In this document: positions 9,944 through 18,945 of the stretch, piece by piece
How the letters are laid out: every line of letters starts with the position of its first letter
Position numbering within the stretch: position 1 is the stretch's first letter
DNA from: Parachlamydiales bacterium
Lineage (GTDB): Bacteria > Chlamydiota > Chlamydiia > Chlamydiales > Parachlamydiaceae
DNA: 64,000 bases
Direction of reading: 5' to 3'
NCBI GenBank assembly: GCA_963801825.1
Contig: CAWDGI010000002.1
Span: forward strand, 85,155 to 149,154
Notes under the pieces: generated by a model
Database searches by the model: none
Told to the model about the DNA's origin: nothing
Seen by the model: only the letters and a program-made list of their open reading frames with translations
Translations under genes and position numbers: made by a program

Positions 9944-10540
9944 ATGTATACGGGCGAAACAAACGGTGCCTCTACTCACCGAGTCAACTTTGCCGAGATT
10001 TATTCTCAGGCACTAGGGGCAATCAATCACTTAAAAGAGCGCATTGGCGAGGTCTTGGCAAGATGCCTACAAACTCTCGGAGACTTATATGAAAGACGAG
10101 GGGAATACTCTTCACAAGCCTTTCAAGCTCTTACCTCATCCTTTCGTTCTGCTCAACAAAGAGTAGGGAACGCATTTGCTCAATTTGGAAGCTATGTCTC
10201 GCAACAACTGACTCAAGAAAATCTTCAGATCGTATATGATCGCTGCAAAAATTTTGTCATTACGCATGGAACTAACCTCTTGAATCTAGCTCAAAATCTC
10301 GCTGAAAGAATTAAAGAGAAAGTTTCCCCCCTGCTGGTTCAGGCCCAACAGGCTGCCACAACATTAGCAAATGCTCTTTCCAGCCGTGCTCAAGGAGCCT
10401 ATAGCCAAGTAAGAGGATCTCTTGTAGATATTTGGGCACACTCCGGAGTAAGACGCAGTCGTTCTGCTGAGTCAGGGACAACGGGCTGTCAAGTCCGCTT
10501 GGGATATGTCTCACTCACTTTTGCTCGTCACATTCGTTAA
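9944..10540 (+). CDS. hypothetical alpha-helical protein
   Basis: 198-aa ORF with a TTGACT-16nt-TAGAAT promoter-like sequence upstream (about 9864-9891) and a strong terminator downstream. Confidence 0.5.
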   Translation: MYTGETNGASTHRVNFAEIYSQALGAINHLKERIGEVLARCLQTLGDLYERRGEYSSQAFQALTSSFRSAQQRVGNAFAQFGSYVSQQLTQENLQIVYDRCKNFVITHGTNLLNLAQNLAERIKEKVSPLLVQAQQAATTLANALSSRAQGAYSQVRGSLVDIWAHSGVRRSRSAESGTTGCQVRLGYVSLTFARHIR

Positions 10541-10562
10541 TCAACATTCACTCTTCGTCATA

Positions 10563-10607
10563 GAAAGAGAGGCAGATTTCATCCGCCTCTCTTTCTTTTT
10601 ATTTTTA
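10563..10607 (+). terminator. rho-independent terminator (12-bp perfect stem AGAAAGAGAGGC/GCCTCTCTTTCT plus T-run)
   Basis: Stem 10563-10574 and 10586-10597, followed by ttttatttttatt. Confidence 0.8.
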
Positions 10608-10626
10608 TTCTTTCTCCCTTTCAATT

Positions 10627-12831
10627 ATGATGAGGGATAATCATATCCTCCGTTATTTGCCTCTATGGAACAAGTTTGCGGCTACATTGAACGCCTCACC
10701 TTTCACAACCCTGAAAACGGCTACACCGTGGCTCAAGCTGCAGCCCGCCAAGCGCTCCGGTGGCCTGATCTGCTTAGTCGGCTCCATGCCGGGGGTGCAG
10801 CCGGGAGAGACCATCCGTTGTTTTGGCCAATGGAAAAATCATCTCATCCACGGCCGTCAATTTGAAGTGGACCACTTTCACGTCGAGGCCCCCGCCGATA
10901 TCGTTGGGATTCGCAAATATCTCGGCTCCGGTTTAATCAAAGGAATTGGCCCCAAGTACGCCGGCCGCATCGTCGATCGCTTTGGCACCGATACACTCAA
11001 TATCATTGAATCCTCTCCCGAAAAACTCTTGGAAATTGCCGGACTCGGCCCCAAACGCATGGAAAAAATCAAAGCCTGCTGGCAACAGCAACGCTCCATC
11101 CGCGACGTGATGGTCTTTCTTCAATCCTACGGAGTCAGCCCTGCGTTTGCTCAAAAAATTTTCAAAGCCTATGGAGACCAAAGCATCAGCCGCGTGAAAG
11201 AAAATCCTTACTCCCTTGCCCGCGATATCTTCGGCATCGGGTTCAAAACCGCCGATGCCTTGGCGCAAAAAATGGGGATTGCCGCCGATTCTCCCCAGCG
11301 CATTGATGCAGGCATCGAATATCTCCTGTCCCAACTCTCCCAAGAAGGACATGTCTGCTATCCGACTGAAGAGTTCATCAAAGAAGGAGAAAAAACGCTA
11401 GCAGCGCTCCCCCCCTTTATTGAACAACGTCTCTTGGCTCTCCTACAAGAGGGACGCATTGAAATAAAAGAGATGCTCTCTGAAAATCGCCCCTGCCGCT
11501 TTATCTGGCTTAAATCCCTGTATATCGCTGAAATGGGGATTGCGCGGGAGCTACGCCGCCTCCGAAAAGGGGCCAGCCCTTTACGGTCGATTGATAGAGA
11601 ACGGGCTCTCCAATGGGTGCAAGAGCAGCTCAACATTCAGCTCGCGTCCCAACAAAAGCTAGCCGTGGCTTCGGCTGTCACGGGAAAACTGCAGATCATC
11701 ACCGGTGGACCGGGGACTGGGAAAAGTACGATTACCAATGCCATTTTAACGATTACGATTCAGTTAACAAAGAAGATCTATCTCGCTGCCCCCACTGGCC
11801 GAGCGGCCAAGCGGATGAGCGAAATCACGAAACATCCCGCATCGACCATTCATAGCTTGCTCGAGTTCAATTTTCGCTCCAATGGCTTCAAACGCAATCG
11901 GGAAAATCCGCTCGATTGTGATTTGATCATCATTGACGAAGCCAGTATGATTGACACCTTCCTCATGTACAGCCTCTTAAAAGCCCTTCCAGATTCTTGT
12001 CGGGTCGTTTTTGTGGGAGACGTTAACCAGCTTCCGAGTGTTGGACCCGGTAACGTCTTAAAGGATTTGATCTCTTCCCTCAGTCTTCCGACGACGACTC
12101 TGACAGAGATCTTTCGACAAGCGAGCGGCTCTCATATTATTCTCAATGCCCATCGCATTAACCGGGGGATGTTTCCTCAGTTGTATCATAGCCCTTCGAG
12201 CGATTTCTTCTTCATTGAGTGCAAAGAAAATCAGGATGTTTTAAATACCATTGTGAAATTAGTGGCGCAGCGCCTTCCCCATCGCTACGGATTTAAACCG
12301 ATTGAAGAGATCCAGGTGTTATCCCCTATGAAAAGAGGGATCATTGGAACAGAACATTTAAATCAAATGCTTCAGCAAGTGCTCAATCCTCAAGAAGCGG
12401 CCGTTTTTCGGGGAGGACAAAAATTTCAGGTGGGCGATAAAGTGATGCAAATTCGCAACGATTACAACCGAGAAGTGTTCAATGGAGATATTGGCTACAT
12501 CCAGTCGATTGATCCGGATGAGCAACAGCTTCTCGTTCGGTTTGACGAGCGAGAGATCGTCTATGATTACAACGATTTGGATGAACTGGTTTTGGCTTGG
12601 GCGATCTCAGTGCATAAGTCTCAAGGAGGGGAATATCCTTGCGTCGTCATGCCGGTGCACACCAGCCACTTTATGCTCTTGCATCGCAATCTCCTTTATA
12701 CGGGGATTACGCGGGGGAAAAAATTGGTGGTCCTTGTCGGCACAAAAAAGGCACTCGCCATTGCAGTGAAAAAAGATGATGTGCAAAAACGGTTTACAGG
12801 TCTTCAGCAAACTCTTATGGAACTTTTGTGA
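10627..12831 (+). CDS. recD2: RecD2-like SF1 DNA helicase (RecD/TraA family); N-terminus carries a frameshift near 10737
   Basis: Walker A GGPGTGKST, helicase motifs, and an HhH N-terminal region (GIRKYLGSGLIKGIGPK). The genuine N-terminus MEQVCGYIERLTFHNPENGYTVA is in another frame from 10665. It aligns to B. subtilis RecD2 (ERIIFHNEQNGFSV) and joins KLQPAKRSGGLICLVG after a 1-nt shift. Confidence 0.85.
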   Translation: MMRDNHILRYLPLWNKFAATLNASPFTTLKTATPWLKLQPAKRSGGLICLVGSMPGVQPGETIRCFGQWKNHLIHGRQFEVDHFHVEAPADIVGIRKYLGSGLIKGIGPKYAGRIVDRFGTDTLNIIESSPEKLLEIAGLGPKRMEKIKACWQQQRSIRDVMVFLQSYGVSPAFAQKIFKAYGDQSISRVKENPYSLARDIFGIGFKTADALAQKMGIAADSPQRIDAGIEYLLSQLSQEGHVCYPTEEFIKEGEKTLAALPPFIEQRLLALLQEGRIEIKEMLSENRPCRFIWLKSLYIAEMGIARELRRLRKGASPLRSIDRERALQWVQEQLNIQLASQQKLAVASAVTGKLQIITGGPGTGKSTITNAILTITIQLTKKIYLAAPTGRAAKRMSEITKHPASTIHSLLEFNFRSNGFKRNRENPLDCDLIIIDEASMIDTFLMYSLLKALPDSCRVVFVGDVNQLPSVGPGNVLKDLISSLSLPTTTLTEIFRQASGSHIILNAHRINRGMFPQLYHSPSSDFFFIECKENQDVLNTIVKLVAQRLPHRYGFKPIEEIQVLSPMKRGIIGTEHLNQMLQQVLNPQEAAVFRGGQKFQVGDKVMQIRNDYNREVFNGDIGYIQSIDPDEQQLLVRFDEREIVYDYNDLDELVLAWAISVHKSQGGEYPCVVMPVHTSHFMLLHRNLLYTGITRGKKLVVLVGTKKALAIAVKKDDVQKRFTGLQQTLMELL

Positions 12832-13928
12832 TGGCTAAAAGAAAAGGCTCTTTTTTCTCTTTTGCTCCATTCATGAGAAAATCCTCTCTGACGGCTGTTG
12901 CTGCTTTGCTGGCTTGGGTGATCTATCAGCTGACTGAGCATGCCCCCTTCCCCCAGAAGCCAGCTACACTTCCTGCTTCCAATGCACCTGTTGAGCTTTA
13001 TTCCAATCAAACAGGGGATGATTTGACTCAACTCTATATCCAGGCGATCGACCAGGCAAAAAAATCGATTACTCTTTCTATTTATGCTTTGACAGATAAA
13101 CAAGTGATTCAGGCTCTACGAAGAAAAAGCGAAGAAGGAATTCCTGTTTTTATTGTCTCGCATGCCCAAGCCTCTAAAGGTCTTACGCAGAAGCTTCCCC
13201 AAACCAAAGTGATCAGACGTGTGGGAGAAGGGCTGATGCATCAGAAGATTTTAATTATTGATGATAAAGAGATGATCTTGGGATCGGCAAATTTAACACG
13301 GAGCTCTTTAGCCATTCATGGCAATCTCGTCATTGCTTTGAATAACCCTGCCTTGGCAGAGGCCTTGACAAGAAGAATCAAAAGCATGGATGAAGATGGG
13401 GGGGTGAGCGATCCCCTTCGGCATCAAGAGACACAAGCGGGAACACAAAACGTCGAATTATGGGTTTTACCGGATGATCCGACTGCTCCGGAGCGAATCA
13501 TCCAGCTTTTGCGATCGGCACAAAAGACGATTAAAGTGGCGATGTTCGCCTGGACACGGACCGATTTCGCACAAGAATTAATCGATGCAGCGAAAAGAGG
13601 GGTAAAAGTGGAGGTCGTTCTCGATCGCTACTTGGGTAAAGGGGCAAGCGCAAAAATTGTCCGGATGCTCGAAGAGGCCAAAATAGCGGTCCGTCTGAGT
13701 ACGGGACGAGGATTGCTTCATCATAAGTTTGCCTACATTGATGATCGAATTTTAGTGAATGGCTCAGCAAATTGGACGACTTCAGCATTCAAAGTGAATG
13801 ACGATTATTTTCTCGTCGTGTACCCTCTAACCGAAGAGCAAAGAGAGAAGATGAATCGGATGTGGCAGGTGATTCTTCAACATTCTGCTAAGCCTGATGC
13901 ACGTATAAACCTTAAGGAGCGTACCTAA
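12828..13928 (+). CDS. phospholipase D family protein (two HKD motifs), N-terminal membrane anchor
   Basis: HQKILIIDDKEMILGSANLT and HHKFAYIDDRILVNGSANWT. The start overlaps the recD2 stop (ATGA). Confidence 0.8.
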   Translation: MMAKRKGSFFSFAPFMRKSSLTAVAALLAWVIYQLTEHAPFPQKPATLPASNAPVELYSNQTGDDLTQLYIQAIDQAKKSITLSIYALTDKQVIQALRRKSEEGIPVFIVSHAQASKGLTQKLPQTKVIRRVGEGLMHQKILIIDDKEMILGSANLTRSSLAIHGNLVIALNNPALAEALTRRIKSMDEDGGVSDPLRHQETQAGTQNVELWVLPDDPTAPERIIQLLRSAQKTIKVAMFAWTRTDFAQELIDAAKRGVKVEVVLDRYLGKGASAKIVRMLEEAKIAVRLSTGRGLLHHKFAYIDDRILVNGSANWTTSAFKVNDDYFLVVYPLTEEQREKMNRMWQVILQHSAKPDARINLKERT

Positions 13929-13931
13929 AAG

Positions 13932-14786
13932 ATGTATCGCTACCATCCTTTAAAACCAGAAGAAGAGCGTGTCATCCTTCATAAAGGGACTGAACCTCCA
14001 GGAAGTGGAGAATACGAAGAATTCAAGCAAGCAGGTGTTTTTGTTTGCAAACAATGTGACGCTCCTCTTTATTTATCGAAGAATAAATTTTCCTCAGGCT
14101 GTGGCTGGCCGAGTTTTGATGAAGAGATCCCCGGCGCTGTCAAGCGCCTTCCCGATCGGGATGGAAGACGAACGGAAATCTTATGTCAACGCTGCGGAGC
14201 GCATCTTGGGCATGTTTTTTCAGGCGAAGGGTTGACCCCTAAAAACGTCCGGCACTGCGTGAATTCCCTTTCACTTTCTTTTGTCCCCGCCTTCACTTCT
14301 CAAGGGTTAGAGCGAATCATTTTTGCCGGAGGATGCTTTTGGGGGGTGGAAAAATTGTTTCAGAATGAGCCAGGAGTCGTTCATACACGTGTGGGTTATA
14401 CAGGCGGGCATGCAGTTCACCCAACTTATCAAGAAGTTTGCAGCGGCTTAACTGGGCATGCGGAAGCACTAGAAGTGACGTTCGACCCTGCCGTAACAAA
14501 TGAGGAAGTCTTGACAAAGCTCTTCTTTGAAATTCATGATCCGACCCAACAAATGCGACAGGGACCGGATGTGGGGGCGCAATACCGCTCAGCCATCTTC
14601 TATTTGACCGAGAAGCAAAAAGAAGTCGCAGAGAAACTCGCCAATGAACTGCGAAAAAAGGGATTGAATGTCATGACGGAAATTCTTCCTGCTTCCGTAT
14701 TTTATCCCGCAGAAGAGTATCATCAGGGTTATTATGACAAGACCGGGAAGGCTCCTTACTGCCATTTTCGAGTGAAGAGATTTTAA
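13932..14786 (+). CDS. msrBA: fused peptide methionine sulfoxide reductase MsrB-MsrA
   Basis: MsrB CxxC...CxxC with the CGWPSF motif in the N-terminal half. MsrA GCFWG motif in the C-terminal half. Confidence 0.85.
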   Translation: MYRYHPLKPEEERVILHKGTEPPGSGEYEEFKQAGVFVCKQCDAPLYLSKNKFSSGCGWPSFDEEIPGAVKRLPDRDGRRTEILCQRCGAHLGHVFSGEGLTPKNVRHCVNSLSLSFVPAFTSQGLERIIFAGGCFWGVEKLFQNEPGVVHTRVGYTGGHAVHPTYQEVCSGLTGHAEALEVTFDPAVTNEEVLTKLFFEIHDPTQQMRQGPDVGAQYRSAIFYLTEKQKEVAEKLANELRKKGLNVMTEILPASVFYPAEEYHQGYYDKTGKAPYCHFRVKRF

Positions 14787-14797
14787 AACGAGGAAAA

Positions 14798-15487
14798 ATG
14801 AAGCTCGCCCTCTTAGGCAATGGTAAAATGAATCGTTTAATCGCTGACCTTGCCCCTGCATACAGTCATGAAATTATCGCTTGTTTCTCCCGCACCCATG
14901 GAACTCTGCAAGACCATCCCTCAAAACTTGAATCGGCTGATCTTGCCATTGATTTTAGCCACTCATCGGTTGTCCTCAATCACCTCGATATCTGTTTATC
15001 TTTAAGAAAACCTCTTGTGATTGGAACAACCGGTTGGGAGGAACATCTCCCCTTGGCCAAACTTAAGGTGAAAGAGAAGCAAGGGAGCTGTCTTTTTGCC
15101 CCTAACTTCTCGATTGGCGTTTTCCTGTTTCAAAAGATTGTTAGCGAGGCAGCCGCTCTATTTCAGCCCTTCCCTGATTACGATGTGAGTGGAATTGAAT
15201 ATCACCATCAACAGAAACGAGATTACCCCTCAGGAACGGCTAAAGCACTGATTCACCAGCTCCTCCAACAAATGCCGCGCCTAAAAACGATTCCTTTCTC
15301 GAGCGTGCGTTGTGGCCATATTCCGGGAACACATACGCTCCTTTTTGATAGCCCTTGCGATACGATCACACTAACGCATGAGGCACGCAACCGGCAAGGT
15401 TTTGCTCAGGGGGCTCTCTTAGCTGCTGAGTGGTTATTAACAAAAAAAGGCTTTTTTAGTTTACATGACATAATGGGAGAAAAATAA
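14798..15487 (+). CDS. dapB: 4-hydroxy-tetrahydrodipicolinate reductase
   Basis: N-terminal NAD-binding fold (LALLGNGKMN) and EYHHQQKRDYPSGTA matching the DapB E(x)HHxxKxDxPSGTA signature. Confidence 0.8.
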   Translation: MKLALLGNGKMNRLIADLAPAYSHEIIACFSRTHGTLQDHPSKLESADLAIDFSHSSVVLNHLDICLSLRKPLVIGTTGWEEHLPLAKLKVKEKQGSCLFAPNFSIGVFLFQKIVSEAAALFQPFPDYDVSGIEYHHQQKRDYPSGTAKALIHQLLQQMPRLKTIPFSSVRCGHIPGTHTLLFDSPCDTITLTHEARNRQGFAQGALLAAEWLLTKKGFFSLHDIMGEK

Positions 15488-16428
15488 TGCTATTCAAAGG
15501 ACTCTATACGGCGATCGTCACTCCTTTTGATCAACAAAGACAATTGGACGAAGAAGGGCTGCGCGAAAATCTTCATTTTCAACTTGAAAATAAAGTAGAT
15601 GGCATTCTTGTTTTGGGATCAACGGGAGAGGATCCGACTCTGAATCCATATGAGAAAAAAAGAGTGATTGACATTGCCATTGAAGAGGTCAAGGGAAAAG
15701 CCGCATTAATGGTGGGAACGGGATGCTACTCGACCGAGCAGACAATCGCGATGACCCGTTTTGTCCAAGAAAAAGGGGTAGACGCCGCTTCAATCGTCAC
15801 TCCTTATTACAATAAGCCCACCCAAGAGGGGATCTATCGCCACTTTGCCGCTATTTGTGAAGCGACTTCTCTTCCGATCTGCATTTATAATATTCAAGGG
15901 CGAACGGGGCAAAATATCCAAACAGAAACACTCGAGCGCCTCATTGCCTTCCCTGAGATTCGAGGGGTAAAAGAAGCCTCCGGAAATCTCCTTCAAATGA
16001 ATGAAGTCATCGAGAAGGTGAAAGGGCAACGCCCCGATTTTAGCGTTCTCTCAGGAGATGATATCTGGACCTTCCCCCTCATGGCTTTAGGAGGAGATGG
16101 GGTGATTTCTGTGGCCAGCAATCTCATTCCAAACTCCATGCAACAATTTGTTCAAGCAGCATTAGAGAATCACTGGATAGAAGCGCGTGAATGGCATTAT
16201 CGACTTCTTCCTTTCTTCCGCGCCATTTTTCTAGAGACAAATCCCATTCCCATTAAAACAGCCATGCAGCTTTGTGGGATGGCTGCGGGCCCCTGCCGCC
16301 TTCCTTTGTGCGACTTATCAAACGAAAATAGGGAAAAACTACAGGATGTTCTTGAAAATCTCCCTTTTTCAGCTAATCGTTACCCACAAGTTCCGTACCG
16401 GGGTTTCCCCGGAGACATCTACAAATAA
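15487..16428 (+). CDS. dapA: 4-hydroxy-tetrahydrodipicolinate synthase
   Basis: 313 aa with TAIVTPF....LVLGSTGE and the NIxGRTG motif (YNIQGRTGQ) of DapA-family class I aldolases. Start overlaps the dapB stop (TAATG). Confidence 0.8.
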   Translation: MLFKGLYTAIVTPFDQQRQLDEEGLRENLHFQLENKVDGILVLGSTGEDPTLNPYEKKRVIDIAIEEVKGKAALMVGTGCYSTEQTIAMTRFVQEKGVDAASIVTPYYNKPTQEGIYRHFAAICEATSLPICIYNIQGRTGQNIQTETLERLIAFPEIRGVKEASGNLLQMNEVIEKVKGQRPDFSVLSGDDIWTFPLMALGGDGVISVASNLIPNSMQQFVQAALENHWIEAREWHYRLLPFFRAIFLETNPIPIKTAMQLCGMAAGPCRLPLCDLSNENREKLQDVLENLPFSANRYPQVPYRGFPGDIYK

Positions 16429-16440
16429 CAAGTGTTATTT

Positions 16441-16760
16441 GGGCATGGTTCAATGTCAGGTAACAATTTTTTTCGTGTCCGAGTCCGAGTTCCGATCGTG
16501 TTCCGTTCTTCCGCGTTTCCAATCGGAACTCGGACTCGGACACGACCCTGTCATCTCGACTTTGTACATTTTAAGGGGTCGCTAAACGCAATCTTTTGAG
16601 CTATAACGCGTTAAAATTTTTTTGCCAACCCGAATGAGGGTTGGCGAAAAAATTTTAACGCGTTATAGCTCAAAATCTTGCATTTAGCGACCCCTTAAAA
16701 TGTACAAAGTCGAGGTCATGTTACCCAAAAACTCTATTTTTTCAACCATGCCAAAAAATT
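16441..16760. mobile_element. composite nested MITE: element B (as at 2436-2602) carrying an inserted element A hairpin
   Basis: The outer parts 16441-16554 and 16715-16760 match the 2436-2602 element. The inner 16555-16714 is a 160-bp perfect hairpin shared with 24395-24553 and 61908-62067. GTCAT is duplicated at the inner junctions. Confidence 0.75.
16555..16714. repeat. element A hairpin MITE copy 1 (about 75-bp arms, loop CCCGAATGAGGG)
   Basis: ctcgactttgtacattttaaggggtcgctaaacgcaatcttttgagctataacgcgttaaaattttttt gccaaccc…gggttggc… in perfect mirror symmetry. Confidence 0.85.
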
Positions 16761-16897
16761 TCATGAGTTTTTGATATAATTTCTTTAAGTTGCTTGTTTT
16801 CCAAAGAGTCCCATGAATAGTCTTGTCTTAATGGTTTGATAAGAATGCCATATTCGGCTGCGATTGACTTAGGATCGGACATGGCCGCCATTGCCAT

Positions 16898-17075
16898 TCA
16901 TTGAATAGGCACCCGAACATATTTATACTTGGGCTTGATTCTTTTGATTTTTCCATTCTCTTCTATAACAAGCGGTACACCTGTTCGAGCTAGAAAGATC
17001 TATTGCTTGTTCTACACCTTTGCGATAGGCTTCTAATAGAAGTTCTTCAATATCTTGATTACGTTTACTTGGCAT
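16898..17075 (-). pseudogene. small (~58 aa) gene downstream of the zeta-like kinase, with one frameshift; possible antitoxin-like partner
   Basis: MPSKRNQDIEELLLEAYRKGVEQAIDLSS in one frame continues as TGVPLVIEENGKIKRIKPKYKYVRVPIQ* in another. A further small ORF at 16734-16897 ends inside the MITE (…THEIFWHG*). Confidence 0.35.
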
Positions 17076-17144
17076 TGGCCACCTCTTGAATTTCTTTCCA
17101 AATAATTGAGTTCTTCAATTTTTAAACCATCATTTACATGCTTC

Positions 17145-17718
17145 CTAGCGATTAATTTTGTCTGTTCCAGCTATTGAATTATCTAGAATCAGCGCTCTAT
17201 CGGCAAGAGGCAGGTAGTGTTTGATTAGATTCTTTATTCCCGCAAAATAACGTCTTCTTATTGTATCTTCGGGGATATTGATGACCACCTTGCTTAACAC
17301 GATTTGCAACACGCTCAACAGCCAAATCAGGGCTAGGAAGCCATAAAAACATTAGATGAATTTCATAGTCTTTTGCTTGGGCTTCTTTAAGATGTTTGAT
17401 ATAATTTGTTCCAGCCCCCGTGGTTTCAAAAGCAAACGTCTTGTTTGCATCAAGAAGTTCCTTAAGTCTCTTTAGCATTAATTTACTAGCCGTTAAAGCC
17501 ATGCTTTCTGGATGTAATGGAGCAAGCCCTCGAGCAATCTCATCTGCATTAAGAAATTCATCTATCATTTCACTTGATATGAACGACATTGCTGTAGTTG
17601 TTTTACCTGCACCATTTGGTCCAGCAATCATAAAAATTCTCTTCGTCATCCGCTGTCCACCCGGCATAGGAAATTTGAAAATGCATTGCTTGAAATATGC
17701 CAAATATGGAATATTCAA
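17145..17718 (-). CDS. zeta-toxin/AAA_33-like P-loop kinase; C-terminus frameshifted at a CCCC run (~17263)
   Basis: P-loop FMIAGPNGAGKTT. After the shift the reading HQYPEDTIRRRYFAGIKNLIKHYLPLADRALILDNS matches the zeta-family C-terminus. Confidence 0.6.
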
Positions 17719-17787
17719 GCAATATGTTTATGACCGAGTTAAAATGCCTAAAAAAGAACGTAAAGAACAAAAAGAGACCAAATTTAA

Positions 17788-17830
17788 CGCCATGTGCGAC
17801 TTTTTTCCGTTCGAGTCCGGGCCCGAGACC
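17788..17830. repeat. partial copy (one terminal arm) of MITE element C
   Basis: CGCCATGTGCGACTTTTTTCCGTTCGAGTCCGGGCCCGAGACCG matches the 7488-7552 arm. Confidence 0.7.
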
Positions 17831-17955
17831 GCATCCTATTACCCATATCTTTTTAGGGTAGCTGATTATCAAAGACTTATGTTTTTCGAGACAATAACGT
17901 AAGTCTTTGATAATCAGCTACCCTAAAAAGATATGGGTAATGGGTAATAGGATGC
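17831..17955. repeat. element D: 125-bp hairpin palindrome (about 50-bp arms)
   Basis: gcatcctattacccatatctttttagggtagctgattatcaaagactta…taagtctttgataatcagctaccctaaaaagatatgggtaatgggtaataggatgc. Confidence 0.75.
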
Positions 17956-18003
17956 GCAAACGTTCACGGTGTTCCCTACATTTGTGGGTAACGATCAGCT
18001 TTT

Positions 18004-18453
18004 TCAGGCAGAAAAAAGACGGCGAATCGTCTGGCTAAATCGATCTTGACCGGCATGCCAAGATAGATAAAGAAGAATAAAGCCAAACCCCAAAGGAGGA
18101 GCGACAACTCCCAACAAAAAACCTGCACTCACAACCAGCGCATTTGTGGAGAGCTTCCATAATCTTTTCACCGTCAGGTTCAGAGGCTGATTCCGAAAAA
18201 GAAAAAGAGCGGAAAAAAAGAGGGAAGGGAGAGATCCCACTAAGATCAACACACCAAAAAGAAAAGAAAAAATAAACCCTAAAAAAGAGAAAAGTCGCGG
18301 AGAGATAACACGTTGATTCAGCGTGAACCCTCGACTTTTACGATGCTCCCTCTTTTCTCGGCAGCGAGAAAAGTCTTCTTGATCCCCATCGACTAGAATC
18401 ACATCAGGAGACTTATATTCTGTCTCTTCTTTAGAAGAGAAATTTTGAGACAT
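18004..18453 (-). CDS. hypothetical membrane protein with a long bilobed hydrophobic segment (Inc-like?)
   Basis: A 36-aa hydrophobic stretch (LFSFLGFIFSFLFGVLILVGSLPSLFFSALFLF) plus a second transmembrane segment. Charged N-terminus. Confidence 0.4.
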   Translation of the reverse strand: MSQNFSSKEETEYKSPDVILVDGDQEDFSRCREKREHRKSRGFTLNQRVISPRLFSFLGFIFSFLFGVLILVGSLPSLFFSALFLFRNQPLNLTVKRLWKLSTNALVVSAGFLLGVVAPPLGFGFILLYLSWHAGQDRFSQTIRRLFSA

Positions 18454-18623
18454 TTTTATCTACCCGGTAAAGATACTCACACTATAATTATAAATAACTC
18501 TTCTATTTGATTCAATAATTTTCTTAAAAGATCGTTTGACTAAAATTTTGTCGCTGTCTTAAGATATGAGAGAAGACCTAAAAGGTGATCATGGTGAAGT
18601 AACAGCAGAGGAACTGTTGAAAG

Positions 18624-18833
18624 ATGGATACAGCAACAATAGCAACAATCATTGCAACAGGGATCGGCGTAATAATGGCCACCTACACTTTTTTGAGAAA
18701 CTTTAAGACGGATATAAAATCGGAAATATCCGATATGAAAACTCAGCTAAATGGAAAAATTGATAAACTCGATGAAAAAGTAACGGATATCGACCGACAT
18801 TTATGCAGATTAGAAGGCGCTTTTTCTGCTTGA
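18624..18833 (+). CDS. small membrane-anchored coiled-coil protein, hypothetical
   Basis: 69-aa ORF: N-terminal transmembrane segment (IATIIATGIGVIMATY), then a heptad-like K/D-rich helix. Confidence 0.3.
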   Translation: MDTATIATIIATGIGVIMATYTFLRNFKTDIKSEISDMKTQLNGKIDKLDEKVTDIDRHLCRLEGAFSA

Positions 18834-18945
18834 GATTTTTGTGGATTGAAAAATATGATCAAAATTTGAAGAAAGCTGGAGGAGAAGGAAGGCGCGAAAC
18901 GTAAAATTGTCAAAAATTTATTTCGTGAAACTTGAGATAATGGTC

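Noticed and set aside
17420-17902. 160-aa plus-strand ORF.
   Set aside because: It is antisense to the zeta-like kinase and runs into repeat elements C and D.
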